From Caldisericota bacterium (GTDB lineage: Bacteria; Caldisericota; Caldisericia; JAAYUI01): a DNA stretch of 64,000 bases. The notes beneath the pieces were generated by a model that saw only the letters and a program-made list of their open reading frames with translations, was not told the DNA's origin and searched no databases. The position numbers and the translations under genes are program-made. The stretch is taken from assembly GCA_029548865.1 (NCBI GenBank), contig JAKPMO010000007.1, positions 30,264 to 94,263 of the forward strand, given 5' to 3'. This document shows, one piece after another, positions 30,282-39,927 of this stretch. Positions within the stretch are counted from its first letter, which is position 1. Each line of letters starts with the position of its first letter.

Positions 30282-30371
30282 TGGTTGTTTGCTCCTTCCC
30301 AAGCCAACAGCAACTGTTGTCTTCAGGATTATATAATCCTGAAGACAACCTGGCAATAATCGCCTAAAATT

Positions 30372-32996
30372 CTACTTCTCCGGATACTTCTTTATGAACC
30401 AGGTTTTTACTACCTGAGTGAGCACGACATAGCACACCAGCATTGCGAAAACGATTGGCCAGTAGAGCGGCGGCAGGCCAACAAGGCCAAGGGTCCCTGC
30501 AAGAGCTGAATATGGGAGGTATATGCCCGTCAGGGCGATGACAATCGAGGTGATCGTGAGGGGAAGGCTGGCCCTGCTTTGCAAGAATGGCACCTTGTTG
30601 GTCCTGATGACGTGTATGATAAGTGTCTGGGTCAAAAGCGACTCTACAAACCAACCCGTTCTGAAGAGCTCCGGCTTCCCGAGTCCGCCAAAAATAAATA
30701 TCATCACAAAAAATGTCAGATAATCAAATATCGAGCTGATCGGCCCGATGAAAATAATGAATTGCCTGATGCTGCCTATGGTCCATTTCCTTGGCTTCTG
30801 GATCCATTCCTCGTCCACCTTGTCTGTTGGTATGGCTGTCTGTGAAAAATCATAAAGAAGGTTGTTTGTGAGGATTTGGATGGGCAACAGTGGGAGGAAG
30901 GGAATGAAGAAGCTGGCACCCAAGATGCTGAACATGTTTCCAAAATTGGACGAAGCGGCCATTTTTATGTATTTGATTATGTTTCCGAAGACCCTCCTGC
31001 CCTCTATTAGTCCATCCTGAAGAACAGTGAGGCTCTCACCAAGCAGGATGATGTCCGAGGATTCCTTTGCAATATCAACAGCAGTGTCCACCGATATTCC
31101 CACGTCTGCGGCCTTGAGGGCTGGTGCGTCGTTGATGCCATCACCCATGAAACCGACGACATGGCCTTTTTTCTTCAGGATTGTTATGATGCGCTCTTTG
31201 TGCGATGGGGCAAGTTTTGCAAACACATTTGTTTTTTCCACAATCTCGACGAGCTGGGATTCGTCCATCTCTTCGAGCTGGCTGCCAAGAACGATTGAGC
31301 CAGTTTCCAGCCCGACCTGGGAGCATATTTTCTTGCTTACAAGATCGTTGTCACCCGTGAGGATTTTTACGCTGACCCCGAGGTCCCTGAGGTCTTTTAT
31401 GGCCTGCTTTGCCGTTACCTTTGGCGGGTCGAGGAAGGTGAGAAAACCAAGGAGGGTCATTTCCTGCTCGTCAGAGACACAATAAGCCTCCTGGCGTTTT
31501 GGCATTTCCCTGTATGCCAACCCAAGCGCCCTGAAACCGTTTGAATTTGACCACTCGACAAGTTCTTTTGCCTTTTGCATGTGTTCCTGGCCAAGTTTTT
31601 CAACCACACCCTGGGTCTGGATCTGTGTGCACACAGAAAATATTTCTTCTACGGCACCCTTGCATATTATGATTTGCTTGCCGGAGGCGTCTTCAACGAC
31701 AACTGACATTCGCCTTCTCACAAAATCAAAAGGTATCTCATCAACCTTTTTGAAATTTTCCTTTACATGGAGCCTTTCCTCGATTTCGGTGTGTTCAAGC
31801 ACGGCCTGGTCAAGCATGCTCTTGAGGCCAGTCTGATGGTAGCTGTTCAAAAAACCATATTCGAGCACCTCGTCAGACTCTTCCCCATCAACATCAAGAT
31901 GTTGTTCCAGCACGACCCTTCCCTGGGTTATTGTCCCAGTTTTGTCGGTACAAAGCACATCCATTGCGCCAAGGTTCTGGATTGAGCCAAGCTTTTTTAC
32001 TATCACGTGTTTCCTGGACATCGAGATAGCACCATTTGAAAGATTGACAGTAACAATCATCGGAAGCATTTCCGGGGTCAGACCAACGGCAACCGATACC
32101 GAGAAAAGGAAAGCCTCCAGCCAGTTTCCCTTGCCAAAAAAATTGACCAGAAACACCAGAGGTACAAGAAATGCCATAAAACCTATCATCAGCCATGTGA
32201 TCTGTGATATTCCTTTGTCAAAATTGGTCTTCTGCTCTGACTGGGAAACACTCTTTGCAAGATTGCCAAAAAAGGTGTCAAAACCTGTTGTTGCAACCAC
32301 AGCCAAAGCGGTACCGCTTTCGATGTTTGTTCCCATGAAACAAATATTGCTGAATTCAAGAGGATTTTTTGTTGAACCCTTCTCGCTGGCAGGAAATTTT
32401 TCAACTGGCAATGCCTCTCCTGTCAATGTGGCCTGGTTTAAAAAGAGGTCTTTTGCCTGCAAAATTCTGACATCAGCCGGGACAATGTCTCCGGCAGATA
32501 ATTTGATGATGTCACCAGGAACGAGATTGCTGAGCTTTACCTCTTCAGATTTGCCTTCACGAATGACAGTTGAAGTAGTTTGGACCATCGCTTTAAGTGC
32601 TTCCACGGCCCTGTCTGCCTTGAGTTCCTGGAAAAATTTGAGGCTCACGCCAAGGATGACCATGATTATCATCATGTAGGCTGATTTCATGTCCTTAATG
32701 AACAGGGAGACAACTGAAAGGCCAAGAAGCAAAACTACAAGAGGATTGTAGAATGCTTTGAAAAGCTTTTTTACCCAGCTTTGTTTGCGTTCGACAACAG
32801 CTTCGTTGGGCCCATATTCCTTTAATCTGTCTCTGGCCTCATAGTTATGAAGACCAATCTCAATGTTTGAATCAAGGAGATCAAGAAGATCCAATGATTC
32901 AAGCGTTGCCGCCTGTGTTAGCCTTTCCAAAGCTTTTGGCGGCATCTGATAATTGTTTGCTGTTTTCTTGCCGATTGGAAGAACGAAGTTCGCCAT
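30372..32996 (-). CDS. mgtA: Magnesium-translocating P-type ATPase
   Basis: VGLTPEMLP, DKTGTIT, GDGINDAP, SSNFGNMFS, NNLLYD, GWFVESLLTQ. Confidence 0.93.
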   Translation of the reverse strand: MANFVLPIGKKTANNYQMPPKALERLTQAATLESLDLLDLLDSNIEIGLHNYEARDRLKEYGPNEAVVERKQSWVKKLFKAFYNPLVVLLLGLSVVSLFIKDMKSAYMMIIMVILGVSLKFFQELKADRAVEALKAMVQTTSTVIREGKSEEVKLSNLVPGDIIKLSAGDIVPADVRILQAKDLFLNQATLTGEALPVEKFPASEKGSTKNPLEFSNICFMGTNIESGTALAVVATTGFDTFFGNLAKSVSQSEQKTNFDKGISQITWLMIGFMAFLVPLVFLVNFFGKGNWLEAFLFSVSVAVGLTPEMLPMIVTVNLSNGAISMSRKHVIVKKLGSIQNLGAMDVLCTDKTGTITQGRVVLEQHLDVDGEESDEVLEYGFLNSYHQTGLKSMLDQAVLEHTEIEERLHVKENFKKVDEIPFDFVRRRMSVVVEDASGKQIIICKGAVEEIFSVCTQIQTQGVVEKLGQEHMQKAKELVEWSNSNGFRALGLAYREMPKRQEAYCVSDEQEMTLLGFLTFLDPPKVTAKQAIKDLRDLGVSVKILTGDNDLVSKKICSQVGLETGSIVLGSQLEEMDESQLVEIVEKTNVFAKLAPSHKERIITILKKKGHVVGFMGDGINDAPALKAADVGISVDTAVDIAKESSDIILLGESLTVLQDGLIEGRRVFGNIIKYIKMAASSNFGNMFSILGASFFIPFLPLLPIQILTNNLLYDFSQTAIPTDKVDEEWIQKPRKWTIGSIRQFIIFIGPISSIFDYLTFFVMIFIFGGLGKPELFRTGWFVESLLTQTLIIHVIRTNKVPFLQSRASLPLTITSIVIALTGIYLPYSALAGTLGLVGLPPLYWPIVFAMLVCYVVLTQVVKTWFIKKYPEK

Positions 32997-33021
32997 CTTG
33001 ACCTCACAGGTATGACAAAAT

Positions 33022-33050
33022 ATTTGGCCCTGGTTTGCACCAAGGCCAAA
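33022..33050 (-). terminator. Intergenic hairpin upstream of mgtA (terminator or processing/stabiliser)
   Basis: TTTGGCCTTGG-tgcaaa-CCAGGGCCAAA followed by a T-rich stretch. Confidence 0.45.
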
Positions 33051-33078
33051 ACCGTTGGATCAGATTGTGTTTGGAGTT

Positions 33079-33516
33079 TTATTGGTTCAGATTTTGTCTC
33101 TGAAACCTGGAAATGGTCTCCAAAATTCCTTCGCTTGTCGAATGAGCATCAGCAAAATGGCTCTTTGCTTCATTGTTGCAGTTCATCGCAACAATTGGCA
33201 TTTGCCTGGTTGCCTTGATTGAGCGTAGTGCTCCTGCGAGCTCGTTGAATGAGCGCTCGTTGTCCCTAGAGTCAATTACCACAACGTCCGGCTGTGTGCT
33301 CTTGATGTTGCTGTAGGCCCTGAAGCTATCTTTAGTTTCCAGTCTGACATTCCAGCCGTTCATGGAAAGTTCCCCCTGGAGTCTTTTTGCTTCCTTTTCG
33401 TCCCAAAGCACAAGAAAAGCATTGCCTTTAGTTTTGTTGTGGAACGCGGTTCTTCCAAAAATAACCGAAAGGATCGGGTTTGTTACCCTGCGGTTTGTGG
33501 TGATGATTTCTTTCAT
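33079..33516 (-). CDS. Atypical stand-alone receiver-like (CheY-fold) protein
   Basis: QPDVVVID and ATRQMPIVAM resemble receiver beta3/beta4; RBS AAGGAGG. Confidence 0.55.
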   Translation of the reverse strand: MKEIITTNRRVTNPILSVIFGRTAFHNKTKGNAFLVLWDEKEAKRLQGELSMNGWNVRLETKDSFRAYSNIKSTQPDVVVIDSRDNERSFNELAGALRSIKATRQMPIVAMNCNNEAKSHFADAHSTSEGILETISRFQRQNLNQ

Positions 33517-33519
33517 GCT

Positions 33520-33581
33520 GCGCCTCCTTTGCCCATAGGCACCAAGGGGCGCGCAAAAACACCTACTTGGAGCTTACGGGC
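33520..33581 (-). promoter_or_regulatory. Mutually exclusive RBS-sequestering and anti-sequestering hairpins (translational attenuator)
   Basis: 33520-33552 folds over AGGAGG; 33566-33581 can pair alternatively with 33531-33546 (13/16 Watson-Crick plus 1 G-U). Confidence 0.65.
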
Positions 33582-33634
33582 GGTTGTTTGCCACTAGGCA
33601 ACGGGTTTGGGTTATTACTGTTGCTACCGTCCAT
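33563..33634 (-). CDS. MgtL-like proline-rich leader peptide MDGSNSNNPNPLPSGKQPPVSSK
   Basis: 23 codons with 5 Pro; AGGAG RBS; lies in the 5' leader of the mgtA-containing unit. Confidence 0.65.
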   Translation of the reverse strand: MDGSNSNNPNPLPSGKQPPVSSK

Positions 33635-33674
33635 AATTTTGAATTCTCCTTCTGCTCCTTCTTGGAGCAATACC

Positions 33675-33702
33675 AATTTAACATCTAGGATGACTTTGTC
33701 AA
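33675..33702 (-). promoter_or_regulatory. sigma70 promoter of the leader/receiver/mgtA unit
   Basis: TTGACA-16 nt-TAAATT with TG extension. Confidence 0.6.
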
Positions 33703-33790
33703 CCAATGCTTTCGAGACAATTTAACCAAAAAGTTTTTACAAAAAACTACGCACTTTAGAGAGTTTCTTGAATATGATTGCCAGGATAGA

Positions 33791-34354
33791 TTACCTCTTG
33801 GCCATGGTTATGCAGGAACAAACATCGGCGCACAAACCACACCCATAGCAATTGTCGCTTGCTATTTCAAGCTTTCCATCTTCCATTTTTCTGGCTTTAA
33901 AATAGCAAACATCAACACATGCGCCACAATCTGTGCACGTGTCCCTGTCTGTCTTTTCTATTGATTGTCCCTTGTCGCAAGCCTCGCCTGGCTCGGTAAA
34001 GTATGCACAACAACAGTCGCAACAGAAACAGATTCCGTCAGTCTCATCAATGACAGATTTTGTTTCCGAGTTCCATTTCCTAAATGGCCTTGTAACAAGA
34101 TGTTTTTCTTCAGCCAAATTAAAGAGTTTTTCAATCTCTTCTTCGTTTAGCTCTCTGACATTCTCTTCAGTCGAGCCATAAGGACCTGCCCAGCAAAGGC
34201 ATACGTCAACCGGTGACCTCTTGCATCCGCTCTCGTTGCCTTTCCTGCATCCACAATCGGAAACCCAGTAATGTTTCTTGCCCTTGGCAATTTCTCTGGC
34301 CTCGCCACGAGTTGTTACATAATGCATTGGCATATCATTATTTTCAGCAGACAT
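33791..34354 (-). CDS. 4Fe-4S dicluster ferredoxin-domain protein
   Basis: DCGCR, ICFCCDCCC, CTDCGACVDVC, CYGCGLCADVC. Confidence 0.88.
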   Translation of the reverse strand: MSAENNDMPMHYVTTRGEAREIAKGKKHYWVSDCGCRKGNESGCKRSPVDVCLCWAGPYGSTEENVRELNEEEIEKLFNLAEEKHLVTRPFRKWNSETKSVIDETDGICFCCDCCCAYFTEPGEACDKGQSIEKTDRDTCTDCGACVDVCYFKARKMEDGKLEIASDNCYGCGLCADVCSCITMAKR

Positions 34355-34853
34355 CTTTATCCTCCAAGAAACCCCAAAGGGTGCATTCTATCATGTTCGG
34401 TGTTGCAAAGGATGCCTTTACAAGCGGCGAATCTTCAGCAACATTTTGGGGGTCATCTATAAATTCGACGCCTCTATCTTTGAGCTTCCTAACAGTCTGG
34501 TCAATCTCTTCAATCATAAAAGCGATTTTTATGGCTCCAGGCGCTGTTGCCCTGTCAGATTCCGCCTTATAGAAGGCAATAAAAAAATCTCTTGCAGGAC
34601 TGGTAAACATTGCATAATCCTGACCCAAGGCGTTGCATACAAAACCAAGAACATCTGTAAAAAACCCAACCTCGGCCTCAAAATCGGACACAAAATACTC
34701 GCAGCATTGCTTCCAGCATGATCCCCATTTAAATGGGAAACCAAACTCAGGCTCACGCCAAAATTTTTCCCAGTCGGCCGGTGATTTTGCGATCTTTGAT
34801 ATTTCTACTCTGCTGGCGCCGTAAATCCTGCATTTCTCAATAAAATTAAGCAT
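34344..34853 (-). CDS. VOC/glyoxalase family protein
   Basis: VSDFEAEVGFFTDVLGF, IAFMIEEIDQ..LKDRGV. Confidence 0.75.
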   Translation of the reverse strand: MLNFIEKCRIYGASRVEISKIAKSPADWEKFWREPEFGFPFKWGSCWKQCCEYFVSDFEAEVGFFTDVLGFVCNALGQDYAMFTSPARDFFIAFYKAESDRATAPGAIKIAFMIEEIDQTVRKLKDRGVEFIDDPQNVAEDSPLVKASFATPNMIECTLWGFLEDKDVC

Positions 34854-34864
34854 GGTAACCTCAT

Positions 34865-35215
34865 TTATTCGTCTGTAAAGCTGTTGAAATAGATGATGTT
34901 TCCATCAGGATCGACAAGTTTTGCACCCATACTGCCGTCTTTTTCCTGTGTGGCATCAGAAAACATCTCAATTTTCTTTGATTTGAGGTCCTGTGCAATA
35001 GATTTGACATTGCCGCCCAAGAAAGACATGAGGTTTGTTTCAAGATGACCCTGGTAGAGGCCAAGTCTTAGATCACCGCAGCGGAGAACAGCCCATCCTT
35101 TTGCAGGTTCTCCATCTACCCTCTCAAAACCAAGTTTGTGGTAGAAATCCATTGACCTCACAAGGTCGTTCACTTTTAAAGAAAGCTCGAATTCACCAAG
35201 AAAGTTTTCTTCCAT
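34865..35215 (-). CDS. VOC/glyoxalase family protein
   Basis: LKVNDLVRSMDFYHKLGF, DPDGNIIYF. Confidence 0.88.
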   Translation of the reverse strand: MEENFLGEFELSLKVNDLVRSMDFYHKLGFERVDGEPAKGWAVLRCGDLRLGLYQGHLETNLMSFLGGNVKSIAQDLKSKKIEMFSDATQEKDGSMGAKLVDPDGNIIYFNSFTDE

Positions 35216-35338
35216 GTTTCACCAGTAGAATGATACTTGTTTCTGAGAAAATATAAACACCCCGTGTATGCCCACCAGTGTGTGATCCAAAAATTATTCG
35301 CTTTGCAACCACTCTATCCATGAAATGCTGACCCAGTT

Positions 35339-35890
35339 TTACTCACCTATGATCTTTTTCATGTAGATGGCAAACTCGTTACGTGAATCAAGATCATCGT
35401 AGTAATGAAGGTCTATGCCTTCAACTGAAAATCCGCAATGTTTGTAAAAATCAATTGCATCCGCATTTGTATTTTGTGCCTCGCAAACCATGATCCTCAG
35501 ATTTGCCTGTTTGGCCTCTTTCTCAAGCTCCATCATCATGCGAGTGCCAATCCTTTGTCTTCTGTGGCCCTCCTTGACATGGAACTCCCAAATAAATAAA
35601 CTTCTGTTCCAGTCAAGGTTTTCAGCAATAGCCATTCCGACAATCTTGCCCTCGACATACGCACCAATGGAGTATCCTGTTGGCACTATCCTTCTGTAAT
35701 GATCAACCTCATTGGTCAAAAACCATTTCTTTACATAAACTCTTTCAAGTGGAACCAGATCAAGTCTAAATGTTATCTGGTTTTTTGTCTCTGTTTTTTC
35801 AATCGTGTATTTTCTGGTAGAAGTATAACCTACCAAGACACTATTTAGATCTTCCTCACTGAACTGTTCCAGTTTTACTATCTCTGGCAT
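35339..35890 (-). CDS. GNAT N-acetyltransferase (streptothricin acetyltransferase-like)
   Basis: WNRSLFIWEFHV..RRQRIG, EAQNTNADAIDFY..GF; start at MPEIVK. Confidence 0.82.
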   Translation of the reverse strand: MPEIVKLEQFSEEDLNSVLVGYTSTRKYTIEKTETKNQITFRLDLVPLERVYVKKWFLTNEVDHYRRIVPTGYSIGAYVEGKIVGMAIAENLDWNRSLFIWEFHVKEGHRRQRIGTRMMMELEKEAKQANLRIMVCEAQNTNADAIDFYKHCGFSVEGIDLHYYDDLDSRNEFAIYMKKIIGE

Positions 35891-38444
35891 CAAGCCTTCT
35901 TTTCCTGGTCCGAAGCTTTTTGAACACTTCAAACCAAACAACGCTCAGGAGCCCAGCGCACAGGCAAATTAAAATATCGCTGGCGTGAAGTGTAGTAAAC
36001 TTGAAGAGGTTTTGAAGGAATTGAACGTAAAGGACAAGGCCCAAGAAAACAATGGCCCCAAAAAACACCCACCAGAAGGCCTGATTTTTTGTCTTTACTA
36101 TCTCAAAAGCGGCCTTGTTCCACGATCTGTTGACCAGAATAAGCGCAAGGTTGGAGACAACAAGCGTTGTGAAAGTGAGGGTTCTTGCCTCAAACTCGCC
36201 CCTGCCCATTCTTAGGGCAACAAAATTGACCAGCAAGATGACCAGAAGAACACCAACACCTTGGAGGGCACTGAGCATGAATACGCCCGCTCCAAAGAGC
36301 GGTGCATTTGGATTTCTTGGTGGTCTTTTCATGGAGTTCTTTTCCCCCTGTTCAGCCTCAAAAACAATCGAACAGGCTGGGTCAATTACAAGCTCCATAA
36401 ACACGATATGCATTGGTGTAAAAAGTGTCGGCCATTTCAGAAGCACTGGAAGTAATGATATGCCAGCTATTGGAACATGTATTGCAACTATGTATGCAAG
36501 TGCTTTCTGTATGTTCTCGTATATCCTTCGCCCCATTCTCACAGAATCAACGATTGATGAAAAATCATCTTTCAAAAGCACCAATGACGACGCCTCTCTT
36601 GCGACATCGGTACCCCTTCCACCCATTGCAACGCCAATATCTGCGGCCTTTAAGGCTGGAGCATCGTTAACGCCGTCACCTGTCATTGCGACGATCTCGC
36701 CTTTGGCTTTAAGCGCCTGGACAAGCTTCAATTTTTGCTCCGGAACAACCCTGGCAAAGACATTAACCTTGCCAATTCTTTCGTTCAATGCCTCATCGGA
36801 CATCTCGTCAAGTTCATGGCCAGTGATGTATTCACCAGAGTTTTCAAGGCCGATCGATCTTGCAATTTTGCATGCAGTTACTGGATAATCACCGGTGATC
36901 ATTACAACCCTTATGCCTGCCTCATAGCATTCCTTGATTGATTGGGGCACACTCTCCCTGACAGGATCGAAGAAACCAACAAGGCCAAGGAATTCAAAAT
37001 CAAAACCATGCTGAGCTTTTGGCAAACCACCGGGCTCCATGAAATAGGCCCTTGCAACACCAAGAACACGCAGACCTTCTGAGGCCATTTTGAAAACTTG
37101 CGAATTTATATCCTCAACTGCTTGCTTGTCCAAGTGGCACAAATCAGCAATGGCCTCGGGGGCACCCTTTGCGGCAATAACATAACCCCCACCTTTTGTG
37201 GATTTCCACACCTGGGAAATGGCAAATAATTCCTTCGAAAGCGGGTATTCCTGGATAAATTCCCAATCATCATGTAGGTGTTCTGTTCCGCCAAGATGTT
37301 TTGCGCCAAGTTCACGGATTGCCCTGTCCATTGGCTCATAAGGGTTTTTTTCGGAGGCCAGAACAGCAAATTCCACAAGGCTGTGGAAATCCTCGGGCAA
37401 TTCTTTTTCGTTGCCCTTGAGACCAATGATCTCCCCACCAGTCATAAGCTCAACAACAGTCATCTTGTTCTGTGTCAGTGTCCCTGTTTTATCAACACAC
37501 AAAACGGTTGCCGAACCAAGAGTCTCTATCGCTGGCATTTTTCTTGTGAGAACGTCTTTTTTTGACATCCTCCACGCGCCCAGAGCCATGAATATGGTCA
37601 AAACCACTGGAAATTCTTCTGGTAACATTGCCATGGCAAGCGTCAATCCAGCAAGGAGTCCTCCAAGCCAATCGGTTTTTGTGAACCCATACATTGCAAA
37701 AACAACAATGCAGAGGGCTAAGCCAAAGAAAGCAACATTCCTGACCAGTCTTGAGATTTCATGCTGAAGTCTTGTGTCATCATTCTTGTCAAGCTTCTGC
37801 AATGCCTTGCCAATTTTTCCTATTTCGGTGTTGGAGCCCGTTGATTTTGTGATTGCCACTCCTTGGCCTGAAACAACAAGCGTTCCAGAGAAAATATAAG
37901 GCTGATCATCACCACCAGGCTTGCCCATCAGCTCGTCTTCATTATCGCAATTTGTTTTTCTCACAGGAACTGATTCGCCAGTCAAGAGCGATTCGTCGAC
38001 AGTTAGGTTTATGCACGATATTAAAATACAGTCTGCTGGAACCCTGTCGCCCTCCTGGAGAATGAGGAAATCACCCCTTACGACATCTCTTCCTGCGATC
38101 CTCTGCTGTGCACCATTCCTTATTACCAGCGCCCTTGGGCTGGAAAGATCACGAAGGGCCTCAAGCGCCCTCTCGGTTTTCTTTTCCTGGAAAATTGTTA
38201 TTCCCATAACAACAAATACAAAGAAAAGGAGCATGAAAGCTTCTTGGCGATCGCCAAGAAGAAGGTATATGGTCCCGCAAGAGACAAGAAGGAGAAACAT
38301 CGGTTCCTTGATGACTTCAAAGATAATGACAAAAATACTGCGTCTTTTAGAAGATGGCAACTCATTTGGCCCGTCAGTTGCCAGTCTTTCTGCGGCCTCT
38401 TCCTGCGAAAGTCCTCTTAATTTAGTTATGTCTATATAAGACAC
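35856..38444 (-). CDS. Cation-translocating P-type ATPase (P2-like, PEEFP subtype)
   Basis: TGES, AMLPEEFP, DKTGTLT, TGDGVNDAP. Confidence 0.92.
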   Translation of the reverse strand: MSYIDITKLRGLSQEEAAERLATDGPNELPSSKRRSIFVIIFEVIKEPMFLLLVSCGTIYLLLGDRQEAFMLLFFVFVVMGITIFQEKKTERALEALRDLSSPRALVIRNGAQQRIAGRDVVRGDFLILQEGDRVPADCILISCINLTVDESLLTGESVPVRKTNCDNEDELMGKPGGDDQPYIFSGTLVVSGQGVAITKSTGSNTEIGKIGKALQKLDKNDDTRLQHEISRLVRNVAFFGLALCIVVFAMYGFTKTDWLGGLLAGLTLAMAMLPEEFPVVLTIFMALGAWRMSKKDVLTRKMPAIETLGSATVLCVDKTGTLTQNKMTVVELMTGGEIIGLKGNEKELPEDFHSLVEFAVLASEKNPYEPMDRAIRELGAKHLGGTEHLHDDWEFIQEYPLSKELFAISQVWKSTKGGGYVIAAKGAPEAIADLCHLDKQAVEDINSQVFKMASEGLRVLGVARAYFMEPGGLPKAQHGFDFEFLGLVGFFDPVRESVPQSIKECYEAGIRVVMITGDYPVTACKIARSIGLENSGEYITGHELDEMSDEALNERIGKVNVFARVVPEQKLKLVQALKAKGEIVAMTGDGVNDAPALKAADIGVAMGGRGTDVAREASSLVLLKDDFSSIVDSVRMGRRIYENIQKALAYIVAIHVPIAGISLLPVLLKWPTLFTPMHIVFMELVIDPACSIVFEAEQGEKNSMKRPPRNPNAPLFGAGVFMLSALQGVGVLLVILLVNFVALRMGRGEFEARTLTFTTLVVSNLALILVNRSWNKAAFEIVKTKNQAFWWVFFGAIVFLGLVLYVQFLQNLFKFTTLHASDILICLCAGLLSVVWFEVFKKLRTRKRRLDARDSKTGTVQ

Positions 38445-38522
38445 TGCTCCTCCTGGGGGCTTTGGATTCGGATTTTGTTAGAGGCTGCCCTAGCTCTGCC
38501 TTGCATTTATAACAGCTTAAAA

Positions 38523-38550
38523 ATTTTAAACCATTTCAATTGCGAGTCAA
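38523..38550 (-). promoter_or_regulatory. sigma70 promoter of the P-type ATPase unit
   Basis: TTGACT-16 nt-TAAAAT. Confidence 0.55.
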
Positions 38551-38977
38551 CTTTCAATATTAAAACAACAAACATCGCAAAATACAGCACATTTTATTAT
38601 TGAGATTAATTTGAAATAACAGCACTGGATGTTTTACAAATCGTATGGCACAAAAAAGATCCACGAATCAACCATGTAGAACCAAAAACATGACCAATAA
38701 GTAATTTGAAATATAATTTAATCAATTTTTATAGCTATAAATTGTGTTTTACCTAATTAATATCCAATATATTATTATTTAGATACAAATATCATTTTTT
38801 GATTTAATATGAGATAATAAATCTATTAGAAATGATATAATTCTATTTTTATATTTTTAAGACTACTAATATGCATTAAATAGCCATTTTATTAATAAAT
38901 ATGCTTATTAATAACTTAATATGCTCTCTAACGCACAAATTATATCTTTATTCTAAATAATAATATATTTGATGATA

Positions 38978-39469
38978 TTAGATGCTTTTTGATATCATTT
39001 TGGCCCAAGATTCGACTTTTTGCCACTCCACAAAATCGCCTTCTGGGGTCTTCATTTGCTTCATGAGTAATCTTATCGGGAACGAAAGTTTGCTAAAATC
39101 TACCTTGCCTGCAAATATTTCATGGGCGACTGGTGTGCACTCGGCAATCATGGAATCAAGGTAGGTCTGGACTTCATGCAATTTGTCCGGCATAGTAATC
39201 ATCAAACAAACGCCAAAATAAAAAAGCTTTTTCTTTTGTAGATCGGGTTTTCTCTGCTTTACAAACTCTATTGCCTCACCAAGACATTTGCCAATCCTTA
39301 TTGCACTCCCGACAACCACGGCATCATAATCGTCAATATCAATATTTCTTTTGACTTGCGACACATCAACAGTGTGGCCGTCAGATTTGATAACGCTAGC
39401 GATTCTTTCAGCTACTTCACCAGTTGAACCGCACCTTGTTGCATAACACACCAAAATTTTCTTACCCAT
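38978..39469 (-). CDS. Flavodoxin-domain protein (HemG-like)
   Basis: ILVCYATRCGSTGEVA, YDAVVVGSAI, GDFVEW. Confidence 0.82.
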   Translation of the reverse strand: MGKKILVCYATRCGSTGEVAERIASVIKSDGHTVDVSQVKRNIDIDDYDAVVVGSAIRIGKCLGEAIEFVKQRKPDLQKKKLFYFGVCLMITMPDKLHEVQTYLDSMIAECTPVAHEIFAGKVDFSKLSFPIRLLMKQMKTPEGDFVEWQKVESWAKMISKSI

Positions 39470-39573
39470 AGCAACCCCTTGGACACACAAAAAATGTTTT
39501 CGTTGCAAAAATTTATTTAAAAATAATAATCATTCTTTATTATCCCCAAACAAAATCGTTGGTAACTATTTTA

Positions 39574-39927
39574 TTACTGTTTCAAGTCTTCGTAAAGACC
39601 TATTTTATTACCATCAGGGTCAGCAAGAAAAGCATAGAAACCTATCCCTGAGAGTTCAGTCTTCCCAACGGAAACAGATCCGCCAAGGCCCGGGGCTTTT
39701 TCAAGATAATTCTCGATTCGGTCAGCATGAATGTAAAAAACTGGTGAGTTGCCAGGTTTAACTTTGTCAACCTCCATGATTCCACCGCTCTCTCCGTTAG
39801 ACATTTCAAACATCATGTAATCGTCGGTGGATTTCTCAAATTTCCAGTTAAACATCCCCTTGTAGAAGTTAACGGCCCTCTCAATGTTTGTGACATACCA
39901 CTCAATATAGATAAAACAATCTTTCAT
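39574..39927 (-). CDS. VOC family protein
   Basis: RAVNFYKGMFNW, GGIM, ADPDGNKIGL. Confidence 0.88.
   Translation of the reverse strand: MKDCFIYIEWYVTNIERAVNFYKGMFNWKFEKSTDDYMMFEMSNGESGGIMEVDKVKPGNSPVFYIHADRIENYLEKAPGLGGSVSVGKTELSGIGFYAFLADPDGNKIGLYEDLKQ

Noticed and set aside
33517..33700. M-box (ykoK) riboswitch upstream of mgtA
   Set aside because: No recognisable M-box consensus; the leader is explained by a Pro-rich ORF and alternative stems. An Rfam scan would settle it.
31027..38439. Long plus-strand ORFs (152-257 aa) opposite the two P-type ATPases
   Set aside because: Antisense shadows of conserved genes, with no RBS or recognisable motifs. The same applies to the other short overlapping ORFs in the track.
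38445..38520. yybP-ykoY or Na+ riboswitch before the second P-type ATPase
   Set aside because: The leader is only about 70 nt and lacks the consensus motifs that I can recognise.
38551..38977. Replication origin
   Set aside because: No TTATCCACA-type boxes seen and no dnaA/dnaN context.
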